From assembly GCA_004431415.1 (NCBI GenBank), contig QPMI01000514.1, positions 372,001 through 436,000 of the forward strand: a stretch of DNA of 64,000 bases, given 5' to 3'. This DNA is from Cyanophora paradoxa CCMP329 (taxonomy: Eukaryota > Plantae > Glaucophyta). Made by a program: the position numbers and the translations under genes. Shown here piece after piece: positions 26,101 to 37,936 of the stretch (its first letter is position 1; every line of letters starts with the position of its first letter). The notes beneath the pieces are model-generated. The model was not told the DNA's origin, searched no databases, and saw nothing but the letters and a program-made list of their open reading frames with translations.

Positions 26101-29073
26101 CTGCGGGCGATGGGCCAGGAGGGGGACCTCGAGCCCGCGGAGCTCGCCGCGCTGCTCGCGCCGGACGGCCCCGCCGACCCCGCGCTGGGCCCCGCCCCCG
26201 ACTGGCTCGGGGAGCTCCAGTGGCGCGCCGTCGGCCGCCTCGCCGCCGTCGAGCCCTTCGCCTCCGCCGACCTCCCCGGGGCCCTCGCCCACCACGCCCC
26301 GACGCCTGGCGCCGCGCCGCCGAGGCCCTCGACCCCGCCGCCGGCCACTACCCCTTCCCCCCGCCCTTCGAGGGGGGCGCGGGGCTGAGCGCGCTGCAGC
26401 GGCTGCTGCTGGTGCAGGCGCTGCGGGGCGACCTGCTCGTCCCCGCCGCCCGCGCCTTCGTCGCCGAGCGCCTCGGGGGCAGCTTCGTCGAGCCACCGCC
26501 CTTCGACCTCGCCGCCGCCTTCGCCGAGGCCGGCCCCGCCACGCCCCTGCTCTTCGTGCTGAGCCCCGGGGCGGACCCCGCCGCCGAGCTCCTCTCCTTC
26601 GCCGAGTCGCGCAACGCCGCCCGCAAGTTCTCCGCCATCTCCCTCGGCCAGGGCCAGGGCGCCATCGCCGAGAAGGCCCGCTCGCTCCAGCACAGCGCTA
26701 TCGTCGCTCACTCGAGACTGACGGCGGCTGCAGATGATCACGGAGGCGGCGCAGAAGGGGCTGTGGCTGGCGCTGCAGAACTGCCACCTGGCGGCCTCCT
26801 GGATGCCCGCCCTCGAGGTCCTCTTCGACTCCATCGCCGAGCGCGCCCACCACGACTTCCGGTGACACCCCCCCCCCCCCCCCCCCCCGCCCTCCTGCGC
26901 TCTGACGGCCCCGCCCCCCCGCGCACGCGCGCAGGCTGTGGCTGACGAGCGCGCCGTCGGCGGCCTTCCCCGTCTCGCTGCTGCAGGCCTCCGTGAAGAT
27001 GACGAACGAGCCGCCGCGGGGCCTCCGCGCCAACCTCACCCGCTCCTACCTCGCCCTCGACGACGCCATGTGGCAGGTGCCCCCGGCCCCGCCCCCCGCC
27101 CGCCCTCCTGCGCCGCCGCCGCCCGACGCGGCGGCAGGGCGCGGCGAGGCCGCGCGAGTTCCGCCGCCTCCTCTTCTCCCTCTGCTTCTTCCACGCCGTC
27201 GTCCAGGAGCGCCGCAAGTTCGGCCCCCTCGGGTGCTTCGCTGCCGGCCCCCGCCCCCGCGCCGCCCGGGCGGTGGTCGCTGACGGCGCCCCCCCAGGTG
27301 GAACGTGCCGTACGAGTTCAACGAGTCGGACCTGCGGATCTCGAGCCGGCAGCTGCGCCTCTTCCTCGACGGCGCCGGCGCCGGGCCCGTCCCCTTCAAG
27401 GCCCTCACCTACCTCACCGGCCAGGCCCGCCCCCCCGCCCCGCCCCGCCCCGCCCCCACTCCAAGAGACGGGACTGAGGCCGGGGCGGCAGGCGAACTAC
27501 GGGGGCCGCGTGACGGACGACCACGACCGGCGCCTCCTCGCCACGCTCCTCGCCGACTTCTACGACGAGAGTGCGCCCCCGCGCACCTCCGCTCCGCCCC
27601 GCTCACTCGTCGCTCCCGCGGGGCAGGGTCCCTGGCGGAGAACCACCTCTTCGCGCCCCCCGCGGCGGGGCAGTACCCGGGCCCCCCCGACACCAAGGAC
27701 GTCGCCAAGGTCCCTCGTTCCCCCCCATCTGCCCCGCGGCCCGCGCCCGCCCGGCCGTGACGGCGGCCGGCGCAGGTGCTGGAGCACATTGCGCGTCTGC
27801 CGGCCTCGGAGCGGCCCGGGCTCTTCGGCCTCCACGAGAACGCTGAGGCGAGCGGAAGCGCCTAGGGGCGCCGTCCTCGCGAGTCGCCTGACACGGTGGC
27901 GCGCCGGCAGATGAGCTTCGCGCTGCGGGAGGCGTCAGACCTGGTGGCGGCTGTGGCGGCGACGCGCGTCGGGGCGGCGGCCCCCGCCGACGACGGCCGC
28001 GGGCCCGCCGGCCCCTCCTTCGAGGAGCTCGTCTCCTCCGTGCGCCCCCCGCCCCAGCGCCCCGCCCCGCCCCCGCCCCCCCTTCTCGAGCGCCCCCGCG
28101 CCGCAGACGGCCCAGGGGATCGCCGCGCGGCTGCCCCCGCCCTTCGACATCGAGGCGGCGCTCCGCAAGTACCCCCCCTCCCACGCCGAGTCCCTCAACA
28201 CCGTCCTCGTCCAGGCGCGCCCCCGCGGCGCCCCCGCCCGTTTGACGCTCGCCCGCGGGGGCGGCGGAGAGGGCGGGGGCCTGACGGGCGGGGCAGGAGC
28301 TGGTGCGGTTCAACCGGCTGACGGAGGCGGTGCGGGGCTCGCTGGCGGACGTGGCGAAGGCGCTGCGGGGCGCCCTCCTCATGAGCGCCGAGCTCGAGGA
28401 CGTCGCCCGCGCCCTCCACGAGCAGCGCCTCCCCCGCTCCTGGGCCGCCCGCGCCTACCCCTCCCTCAAGCCCCTCGGCGCCTGGACCGCCGACCTCGTC
28501 GAGCGGCTCCACTTCTTCGAGCACTGGCTGCGGGAGGGGCCGCCCCCCGTCTTCTGGCTCTCGGGCTTCTTCTTCACGCAGTCCTTCCTCACGGGCGTCC
28601 TCCAGAACGCGGCGCGGCGGAAGCGCGTCCCCGTGGACGAGCTCGCCTTCCGCTTCGCCGTGCTGCCGGCGGCCGGCGAGGAGGGCTCCAACCCCGCCGT
28701 GCCCCCCTCCTCCGGCGTCGGCTGCTACGTGCGGGGCCTCTTCGTGGAGGGGGCCCGCTGGGACCCCCACAAGAAGGTCCTCGCGGAGCAGCGCCCCAAG
28801 GAGCTCGCGCCCCCGATGCCCGCCATGCTCTTCGAGCCCGTCGCCCTCTCCGGCGGCCCCGGCGGCGGCGGCGGGGGCGGGCCCGGGCACGCGGGGAGCG
28901 GGGCGGCGGGGCGGTACGCGTGCCCCGTGTACAAGACGAGCAAGCGGCACGGCGTGCTCTCCACGACGGGCCACTCCACCAACTACGTCCTCACCGTCCA
29001 CCTCCCCTCCGACAAGCACGAGGCCCACTGGATCAAGCGCTCCGTCGCCCTCATCACCCAGCTCGACTACTGA
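11156..29073 (+). CDS. Axonemal inner-arm dynein heavy chain, DNAH1-like; dozens of short introns
   Basis: P-loops [24 protein letters not shown] and GVGGSGRRS, plus [28 protein letters not shown] and [16 protein letters not shown], the stalk/microtubule-binding domain and C-terminal CPVYKT...HWIKRSVAL. The N-terminal FDD..W..L.FE..A..R..YQLRVD block resembles DNAH1. Start codon uncertain. Confidence 0.95.
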
Positions 29074-29513
29074 TCACACGCATGAGCTGTAGAAACACTC
29101 ATCTTTCTTTCCATTCGACTTCAGATATATACAGATATAGCTGGAACTGCGCACAGAGAAACGATGCACATCTTTATAGTTAGCATCTACAATACAGTGA
29201 TTTTGCGTATATATATGATCGTGATCGTGAACGCCTTGCAATTGGCGCTCCGATCGCGAGGTACAGGACACGCACACACGTTATACTCACCGCCGCGGAA
29301 GTTGCCGGTTCCGTCGAGCTCACGAGCGATACGGTATAATTACAATTAGACGTCGCTTTAGTTGGACGTTTAATACGCCCACCCGTCGTGATAACGTTCG
29401 AATTCACAAATATAGACGAACGACGAGAATTAAATATTAGCTTGAATCTACCTAAGAAATTACGCACAATATACTATACTATTAGTTATGATACATACTC
29501 TTTTTTTGAGAGA

Positions 29514-29538
29514 CTACGGTGGGGCGAACCCCCCGTAG
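29514..29538. repeat. GC-rich hairpin CTACGG-T-GGGG-CGAA-CCCC-CCGTAG
   Basis: Inverted repeat read directly, preceded by a T-run and GAGAGA. Confidence 0.6.
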
Positions 29539-30899
29539 GTAGTGATATTAATTAAGGACAACGTTAACAAATTAAAGCAATCACAAATCAAGGATACAGT
29601 AAACTAGCATAAAATACATAATCAAGAGGGATCACGAGAAGGGACACGATCAGAAGAACGCAAAAGATAAGGAGAACGAGCACGAGGAGAAGGAGTAGAA
29701 GAGCTCAAGGACGTCGACGCAGAAGTACTACTAGGCTAGTCACACTAGAACGACCGTCGGACGAGGAGCACGTGCACGGGGGCGCAGCGAATAAGGAGAA
29801 CGAGCACGAGGAACTACAGTCGAAGACGAAGATCAAGATAGAGCTAACAGCAGAACTAGAAGACGTAGCCGCTGGAGGCAGAGGCGGCAGAACGGTAGGA
29901 GATGCGAAACGTAGGACACCACTAGAGGGGAGAGTCGAAGCTGGCGGAGTGTCTAAACGGAATCGAGATTGTAGAGTTGGTAAAACAATGGACGGCTGAA
30001 GACTAATCTGAGGAACTGGAGACGACACGAGGAAAGGGGCAGAACTCGGATTCAGACTCGGAATCGGCAGTATAAGAGGAGGGGCGAAACGCAAGCCAGT
30101 AGTGACAGGGAAGGCAGACGTCGACGATGGGGCTGAATTGAAGCCGCTGAACCAGGCAGGAGAGGCAAAAATAGCGAAGTAGAGAGAGAGAAGGGTACAC
30201 ACGAGGAACGTCACCATACACAAAATACTCGCTGCCAAAAATTATACGGTCTGACGGTCGCTGAAGATAAAGAGGCGGAACTGCCTGAGGACTAACAGTG
30301 AGAGATGGAGGAGGAAGAGGCAGAGCCAACGGCAAAGGAACGGAATCAAAGGTACAGGAAAGGCATGGAATACACGAGGAACTGGAAGGTGGAGGGGCCA
30401 GTGCTCCTAGCTAACATCGATGAAGCATCTGATGGAGGTGACGGCAAAACAACTGAGGGTAAACTAAGTTGAGGTGAAGCGAAGATTGATACAAGACTAT
30501 CATGAATCAAAGGGGGCCATACAGGAACCGGCGGGCGAGGTGGATCTGGTGGGACAGCCAGCTGCAGTGGGGGAGCCGAAGGTACAGGAGAGGAAAGCCG
30601 CAGGCGCTGAGACACATGTACAGGGGACGGATCGGCATCGGGAGTCAAGGTTGCAATTGAATTCGACGGAGACCGGGGTGGCGGATTCGTGATCATGAAA
30701 CGGAAGCATAATTATGCACAATACATGTACGTATACATGCGCGCGCAGCCGCAGGTCCGGGATCCGCAGCGCGGACCCGGGATATCGATATCGATCGCGA
30801 TGTCGACGTCGACGTCGATATCGATATTGTAATTAAATATTGATCGGAGGTACTCGGAGCGTGCGCGCTCCGATCCGAATATCGAATGTCGAGTTTATT

Positions 30900-30940
30900 G
30901 CAAGGGGGGAAAAGAAGACCGAAGGTCTTCCCCCCCTTGC
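30900..30940. repeat. Compound hairpin GCAAGGGGGG...GAAGACC-GAA-GGTCTTC-CCCCCCTTGC
   Basis: Nested inverted repeats read directly. Confidence 0.7.
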
Positions 30941-31143
30941 TTCCCGTTCCCTCGCTTCAGCCAAAAGTTTTCTATGAGGCCGTTTTCGAGGTCCAGTTTG
31001 CAACAAAAAAGAGGCTTATTCGCGTTCCGATTGGCTCGGTGAACCGGTCAGCTCTCGACTTTCGAGCGTCAAAGTCGAGGGGAAAAACTGGTTTTCGAGG
31101 GGAAAACTAATTATATAACTTCTCTCTCCTGTCTTCGAATTCC

Positions 31144-31328
31144 TTGCGCGGTTCTGCATGGAACCAGTTCTCCTGCAGCTGAGCTGTCTCCTCTAGATTT
31201 CGGCTTCCTCGCAGTGCGTCGCGTACGCCTTGCTCTTCGTTGCGCGGTTCTGCATGGAACCACTTCTCTCTATAGCTGTGTCCTCTAGATTTCCGCTTCA
31301 TCGCAGCTGCAGTGCGCCGCGTACGCCG
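31144..31328. repeat. Imperfect tandem duplication, ~96-bp period
   Basis: TTGCGCGGTTCTGCATGGAACCA...TCCTCTAGATTT...GCGTACGCC occurs twice. Confidence 0.75.
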
Positions 31329-31341
31329 CACGGTAGACGTG

Positions 31342-31414
31342 ACACATATGAATATTCATATTTTAATCCCTCGGCGTTCCGCCTCAGGATTAAAATATGA
31401 ATATTCATATGTGT
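31342..31414. repeat. Perfect 28-bp inverted repeat with 17-nt spacer
   Basis: ACACATATGAATATTCATATTTTAATCC / GGATTAAAATATGAATATTCATATGTGT. Each arm contains the palindrome ATATGAATATTCATAT. Confidence 0.9.
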
Positions 31415-31699
31415 GATTCGATGTTATATCAATAAAATCGATTAATTTATTTGAATTTTCACATGAATTTGCATATTTTTATATGCAATTTCAATTAATT
31501 TAATCGATATTATATCGATAAACTCGATTAATCGATATTGTATCTTAATTGTAGTTAATCGGAATTATATCAATAACTTCGATTGATCTTAATTGAATTC
31601 TAAATGAATCTAATCGGAATTATATCAATAAATTCGATTAAATCATGTTCTTTTCCGATTAAATCAATTAAATATTTAACTTTGTTACCATAAGTGGTC

Positions 31700-32127
31700 T
31701 AAGTTGACTCACTTTTCATAAACATTTTGAACTCTTAGTCTCCTTGAATTTCTTAAGATGACTCAACTTAGTCAACTTAGTCAACATTGTTACCATAATC
31801 AATCAGGGTGGACTCACTTTTAGATCAACTTTGAAATTTCAAGCAAAATCAACTTTGATTTCAAAAGTGGATCTTCTAAGTGGACTCAAAATGTTCACTT
31901 TGTGATACATGTTAGCTCAAATCCTTACTGTTTATGGTCAGGGTTGACTAAGTGGGGGAGTTGACACATTTTTTGAAATCCTTTTTAGAAAACTTTAGGT
32001 CCCAAATATTTCCTGTGAAATTTGAGTCAACTCAACCCACTTAGTCAACCCTTGCATTGAATTCGTAACAAAATCCATATACTATTACTACTTTTACGAT
32101 TAATATGAGTCAACCTTGAGTCCACTT
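31700..32127. repeat. Array of 9-bp T(G/T)AGTC(A/C)AC repeats in both orientations (iteron-like, copy 1)
   Basis: About ten or more copies, including tandem TGACTCAAC-TTAGTCAAC-TTAGTCAAC and inverted GGTTGACTAAGTGGG...CCCACTTAGTCAACC. Confidence 0.7.
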
Positions 32128-32710
32128 AAATATAAATATAATATAATAGGGGGAATCAAGGGGAGATGCTTACTAAATGCAATGTTAGATTGATGTTTTC
32201 ATATATGTGATCACGTTAATCGAAGCTATATAATACAGTGGATTATTAGATATCATAAGTGGATCGAATTGATAAGTATATGGTTAAAAATCGCGATTTG
32301 TGAGTTATAATCGAATTTAATCGAATTATTTTGAATTTCAAAACTCGCTTTAATCGTAATAGCGATGTATACACATCGAGATTCGTATATGTGATTGCAA
32401 GTTATTGTTATGTATGATATATGTGATTATATTCGATCGTCAGTGCATCGATTTGATAACTTCCTGGTGATCTATATTAAAAACTCACGTTTTATGGATT
32501 TAATTCGAATTTATATTCAAAATTCAAAATCGGTTTCATCGCGATTTCGAGTCAGGGTTATCGAAATGTCGATATGGCTGATAAGCGCTCAGACCGCCTT
32601 GAAATGCTCGATTTTATGACGTTTCAAGCGCATCGATTTGATAACGTGGTGCTGAGATATCGCAGCAAACGTGAATATTGATTTTCCAGACGGGTACAGC
32701 ATTAATCTAG

Positions 32711-32828
32711 AAAAAAACGCGTTTTGTTTTTACTTTTCAAGTTTCACGGCGAACGAAGTAAAGGTTCCCGAGCGGATTTGAACTGCGACTCGGAAATCCA
32801 AGCGTCTTAACCGCTGAGCCAAAAACGC
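32711..32828 (-). ncRNA. Putative Pol III-type (tRNA-like) small RNA
   Basis: Minus strand has A box TGGCTCAGCGG (32821-32811), B box GTTCAAATCC (32783-32774) and a T7 run at 32717-32711. The 5' GCGTTTT can pair with AAAACGC just before the T-run. Confidence 0.35.
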
Positions 32829-33054
32829 TTTTCAGTCAAGTCGATTCCTGGGCTAGTGTTTCACCAAGTCCACTATGGCAAGTGACTTTTGCATCTTCAA
32901 ACTGTTATATCTCATCACCAGATCATCAAAACGCAACGTTCTGCATAGCGCTGTGAAGCGCTTGATATGCTCTACAAGACTATGTGTATATCATATGCAT
33001 ATATGTATATCTGTCATACATATATTTGGAAAAAACGAGTTTTCGGCTATGAAA

Positions 33055-34439
33055 CTAGCTAGTTTTGGTCCTTTCTCTTAGTGTTCTTTGAGGTTTAGGG
33101 GCTGTATATGACTCCTTAGTAGTCTGAAAGTCATTATACCATCTCTGGCTATTCACTTCTGAAAGTTTCTGTGTTCCTGCTATAGTGAGCTTTTTGAGTT
33201 CCCTGTTAACTTTCCCAGCCTTCTCCTTTCTAGCTTCTATCAAAGGCTTATCTGGGACTTCATTAGCAGCTTCTATGCCCTCTCTTCTTATAGCAGCATC
33301 AACCCTAGCTTCCTCTTTAGCTTGCTCTAAGGCATCTACTGTAGGGGTTTCCAGATACTCAACTGCATTCACAGGCAACAGCTCATGGAAAGCAAACCTG
33401 TTATCTATGATCTCACCAGTGGGACTCCTTAGCTTAAACTTAAAGCCTTCCCTACTATCAACAGTGTAAACTATCCTAGACCAATTGTTACCCTGTTTGG
33501 CAAAGGGGTTCTTCTCAACTTTCACTCTAACAAACATGCCAGGCTGCATGGTATCAAGGTAAGCTATTGATTTCTTGAATCTTTCATCTTCTAATCCCAC
33601 TATATACCTATAATGCTCCTCTGTAGTTTCGCCTGGCTTCATCTTAGTAGCTGAGTGGACTGTATTATTGTAATTATACTCAATATCACCTAACACATCA
33701 AAGAATCTAGCTGTATTATTGGCTATGCAGTAGTTTGTGATCAATCTCTTAATCTGCTTGTTAAAGGCTTCAATTCGACCTTGGCTTCTGTGGTCTGCAG
33801 TTCCACTCACTTGGTGTTCTATGTATTTACTAGATAGATACTCCTGGAATATTCGATTTTGGAATTCACTCCCAGCATCTGATTGAACTTTTACTATGGG
33901 TCTTGCTACTCTCATCTCAAGCTGTTTAAATGCAGCTAATGTAGTGAGAGCTGATTTATCCCTTATAGGTATGATATACCCAGTTCTCAGTGTTGATTCC
34001 ATTGCAGTCATAAAGGTATCATAGCCATTGTTTTGTTTCTTATAAGCTGGGAAAAAGAGCAAATCAATCACATAGGTATCAAGGGTTGCCTTATTGGGAC
34101 CATGGGATCTCTCTTCCTAGATATAGCAGGTGCATTGATCTGAACTACCTCTTGCTTTTTATAGAACTCTTGCAACTGCTTATAGGATTCATCTGGTAAC
34201 TCAGCCCTCATAGCTTGAAGCCCTTTGTAACCAGTTCTCACATCATAGAATCTCTTGGCAATCTTGCTGGTTTCTTTCACTGCAATTGCAACTGGAATCT
34301 CTACTGGGACAAGTTCTTTCATCTCTGATTTTTTAACAATTCGAGATTCTCCCTTTTCCTCCTTTGGAATTGTGATGGGCAGTAGGTTACCTTGCAGTTG
34401 TTCAGTGGTTCTTCTAACTATTCTTGCAGTTGCTGGCAT
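33055..34439 (-). CDS. RVE (DDE) retroviral-like integrase of element A; one -1 frameshift near 34085
   Basis: Joined frames give TYVIDL, VQSDAGSEF, GRIEAFNKQIK and YNNTVHSATKMKP, with an SH3-like VRV...WS..VY.V tail. Confidence 0.88.
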
Positions 34440-34442
34440 CTC

Positions 34443-37400
34443 TTAATTAAAAGGAACAGAATTAATACCATCTGGTAAGATGTATCTCTTTGCATCAAAG
34501 CAGTTCAGGGCAACCCTTCTACTCACAGTATCTATTATTGTGTGATCTGCCCTTCTCTTCTGCTTTGCAGTCACAGTCTTGCTGATACCTGCAAATAAAC
34601 ACTGCTTAAAATCATTAAATTGGAGTTCCTCAGTAGAAGTCCCAGAGAGCTTACTTCTCTCAATCTCAGCAGTTCTGAAACTGTAAACTTTGGCTCTCAG
34701 ACCCACATACTCCAATATAGCAGAACCTGGCATCTCATTTTTGTATTTACCTGGGGTCATTCTTGAATCACCTCCAAGGTCCAATGCATAAGAGATATTC
34801 CCCAGGTCCTTTTGGAGGGTCTGAGATTCGATATATAGACAAAAGGAATCAGTATCATGGAATAGTAACTTTGCTTTTGACCATTGGGACCTTATAGTAT
34901 CATAGAAGAACTGGTAATTATGCAGTTTGGCAGCATCCAAAACATAGGCTCCAATGGCAACTGGCTTATCTAGCTTCACATGTTTTGTGTAAAACTCAAA
35001 GGCAACTGCTCTTTCGTTTATGGGGCTTGTTGATTTCACCAATGGAGAGGCTGCATATTTCGTAAACAGTTTCTCACTGTTTGCAATCTTAACCACAGAT
35101 CTACCCTGCAAGATTCAATGCATTTCCCATAGATTGAATTATTCATGAGCTTATAGAAATCAGCCTCGAATTTATTCACTGCTCTCCTTCTCATCTCAGT
35201 GTTCAGCTCAATATATGGTTTCATTACAGGAGCCACAGTAAATGATAGGACCCTGTGAACCTTCTTTAATTTCACCCCTTTGTCTAACAGATACTGTAGA
35301 AGAGGCTCAGAAATCACATAGTTGGTCACAGAGCCAAAGGTTGCAGTAAGCTTAGGGGTTTTATCAAGTTCTTCTCCTGAAAGATCTAATAGGCTCTTTT
35401 GATATTGTGATAATTCGGCATAATCTATTATTTTCTTGTTAATAATTAGGGGGAAATCACTGTGGTCTAGATATAGCCTAATTGGGTAATCCAGATCAAC
35501 TTCCAGGAAACTGGATCTGTTATCTTGTGGGTTGAATTCGGTCTCCCATCTAAAATCACCAACTGGAATTGGCTGACTCAAACAGTAGCCATACAAGTTG
35601 TTAGCATCAAACAGCATTATATGGGAGTTCTCACCATCAGCCTCAGCATACCTACAAGGCATTGTTGCAAAGCCACCCCTGATTCCCCTCTCAACAAATT
35701 CGTATTGCTCTACATCACTGATGAGTTCTATTTTTGCCTTGGTGGTCCTAAGCATAGCATCCCAAGATAGCCCAGGTGCAGATACATAATGAACTGGGTC
35801 AAGTCCATATACTGAGTGTGAAAGCCTTCTGAAAGCCTGGAATTTGCTCATTAACTCATCTACATCAGCAGCCCCAAAGTCCATAAAATTACTTGCATCA
35901 ATGAACTTGTAAAGACCCCATTGCAATGAAAGGTATTGATCAAAGTTTTTCGAAAGGATTTCGATTCGCTTTTTATCACCCATGCCTGCTATTTTTCTGA
36001 AAATGAATGTCCCACAGTCATCCATTTGGTCAACAACAACTGCAACTTTGGTTTGCTTTGAGATTCTCCTATGGAGATTGCAGTTTCTGCATGCAGGAGC
36101 AATGTAATGACCTGTGTGGTGGTCATGATCTCTGCATTTGAAGTTCTCCTTGGTGAACCTCTCACTGCAAAGGTAACAGTGTTTAGTAGCCCTGTAAACA
36201 GCCTTTTGCTCATCTGTGAGTTCATTCATGGGAATATTGGTAAACAGAAAATCGATCAGCTCTCTTGCTTTGGACTCCAAGCATTCAAAGAGACCTCCCA
36301 TTGGATCCTGCCCCTCAAATCGAAAATCTTGAACATCTTCCCCAGTGACTACTCTAAGGTTCACTGCTGAGACTTCCCTCTTGGATTTCGATGCATCAAT
36401 GGGGATGCTTCTATGTTCAATCTTGCAGTAAACCACAACAGGAAGCCACACAGTTTTCCTGAGGTTTTTCAGTCCAAACTCTATGGTGGTCTCAGGTTTA
36501 GGGGTGATTCCCTTTGAGAGTCTCCAATCAATGCATCTGTTTGAGTCCACATGAGCAGTGAGTTTAGCCTCAGACCTGAATCGAGATAAGCATGTATCAC
36601 AGTAGTGTAACTTCTGATCATTGTATGTTTCATGGTTTACTTTCAATAGCCTTGAAAGGGACATGATTGTAATATAGTGACCATTCCCTTCATCATCAAA
36701 TATCAGCATGAGATTAACCTTATGCTTTCTGCCTGGGTTACTGGATTGATGCAGGGGATAAACAACCTCTCCATCGATTCCGAATATATTAATGCTAATG
36801 CCTGCATTTTGAGCCTCGAATTTATCAATTATTTCAGCATCACAGGCAACAGGGAATGGGATATTGTCGAAATTGAGAGCCAGCGGATTATAAGCGATTG
36901 CTGAGTATTTCCATTTGCGATATTGTGAAAGCTCATTCCTCTTATGGGAGTTAATAGATTTTCTGTAAATCGAGGCTAAAATCGCATTTTCGAAGCAGGA
37001 ATCATCAATATTTCGAATATTCACTGTGGCTCTCTTCCTAGCAATCCACTCTGGGGTTTGTAGAAAGCATCCACCAGTTGGAGCATAACTCATAATAGCC
37101 ACTCTGAGTATTTCAATTTTTTCTAAGCGATAGCTATCAACCACATTCATCTGCTCCTGACACATTTGGGCTGCTTTATTCAGCTCAGTTCGAATATTTC
37201 TCGACCTGGTTAATACAAAGTAATCACTGTAAATGTATTTCGATATCCAAACCTGCGGATTGCTGACTTTTACGAACTTGCAGATAAAAGACAAGCGAAC
37301 CTTGATTGCCCTGAATTGATCTAAACCCTGCTTTAATCGATTAGGAAGGGATGTAGCAATTCTGTCCAGGAATTCAATCACATCTACAACAACTTCCCTT

Positions 37401-37687
37401 CTGGCTCTGTAAGTGAGCCAGCGATATAATTCATTCATGGCTGTTCCATCTTCTGCCTCAGGTTCTATTTGCCTTAGGCGATCCAGTTCATCCAAGGTTT
37501 CAATTTTATCATATAGGTTATTTGCTTTTCTGGTTAATCTGGCTAAAGTGGGTCTACCCTTTGCAATTAAATCTATTTCCCGGTCATATTCAGCCTCTGT
37601 TATTTCATGGGCTGCATATAGTGTTCCCAGCAATCCCATGAGTTCCCATTTCTTCTCCCTTATGAGTTTGTTGGTAATTCGGGGCAT
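34443..37687 (-). CDS. Protein-primed family B DNA polymerase of element A; -1 frameshift near 35111
   Basis: DANNLYG, KLMNNSIYGK, HDTDS and GLRAKVY motifs, EndoVII-like RDHDHHTG..ACRNCN insert, and an N-terminal NIRNIDDSCF...GHY domain. Confidence 0.92.
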
Positions 37688-37744
37688 TATTCCTAACTTG
37701 TTCCTATTCTAAGGGATATTTTATTTTAGAGCATTTTAAACGCA

Positions 37745-37927
37745 AGTGGACTTAGTGGGTGGAGTTGAGGCACTTTTTATTTCTTTTTAGGGCAGAGTCC
37801 TCTTTTAGAATCTGTGAAAAAATGAGTCAACTCCCCCCACTTAGTCAACCTAATCGATAAATAAACCATAAATAAAAGACTGTTTGGGTCTTTTATGATA
37901 AATTTGAGTCAACCATGAGTCCACTTT
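37745..37927. repeat. Iteron-like block, copy 2, immediately 3' of the primase-helicase gene
   Basis: TGAGTCAACTC..CCCACTTAGTCAACC and TGAGTCAACC.TGAGTCCACTT with nearly the same spacing as 32022-32127. Confidence 0.7.
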
Positions 37928-37936
37928 TGAGTAAAC

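Noticed and set aside
247-28982. Hundreds of long overlapping R/P/A/G-rich ORFs in the ORF track
   Set aside because: They are artefacts of very high GC and few stop codons. The real coding sequence is the spliced exons of five host genes.
29705-30696. S/P-rich minus-strand ORFs as retrotransposon gag or a host gene
   Set aside because: No recognisable motif, interrupted frames, and no reverse transcriptase or zinc knuckle.
32762-32828. Possible functional tRNA gene
   Set aside because: There is no proper acceptor stem and the anticodon loop is collapsed. Kept only as a tRNA-like Pol III candidate.
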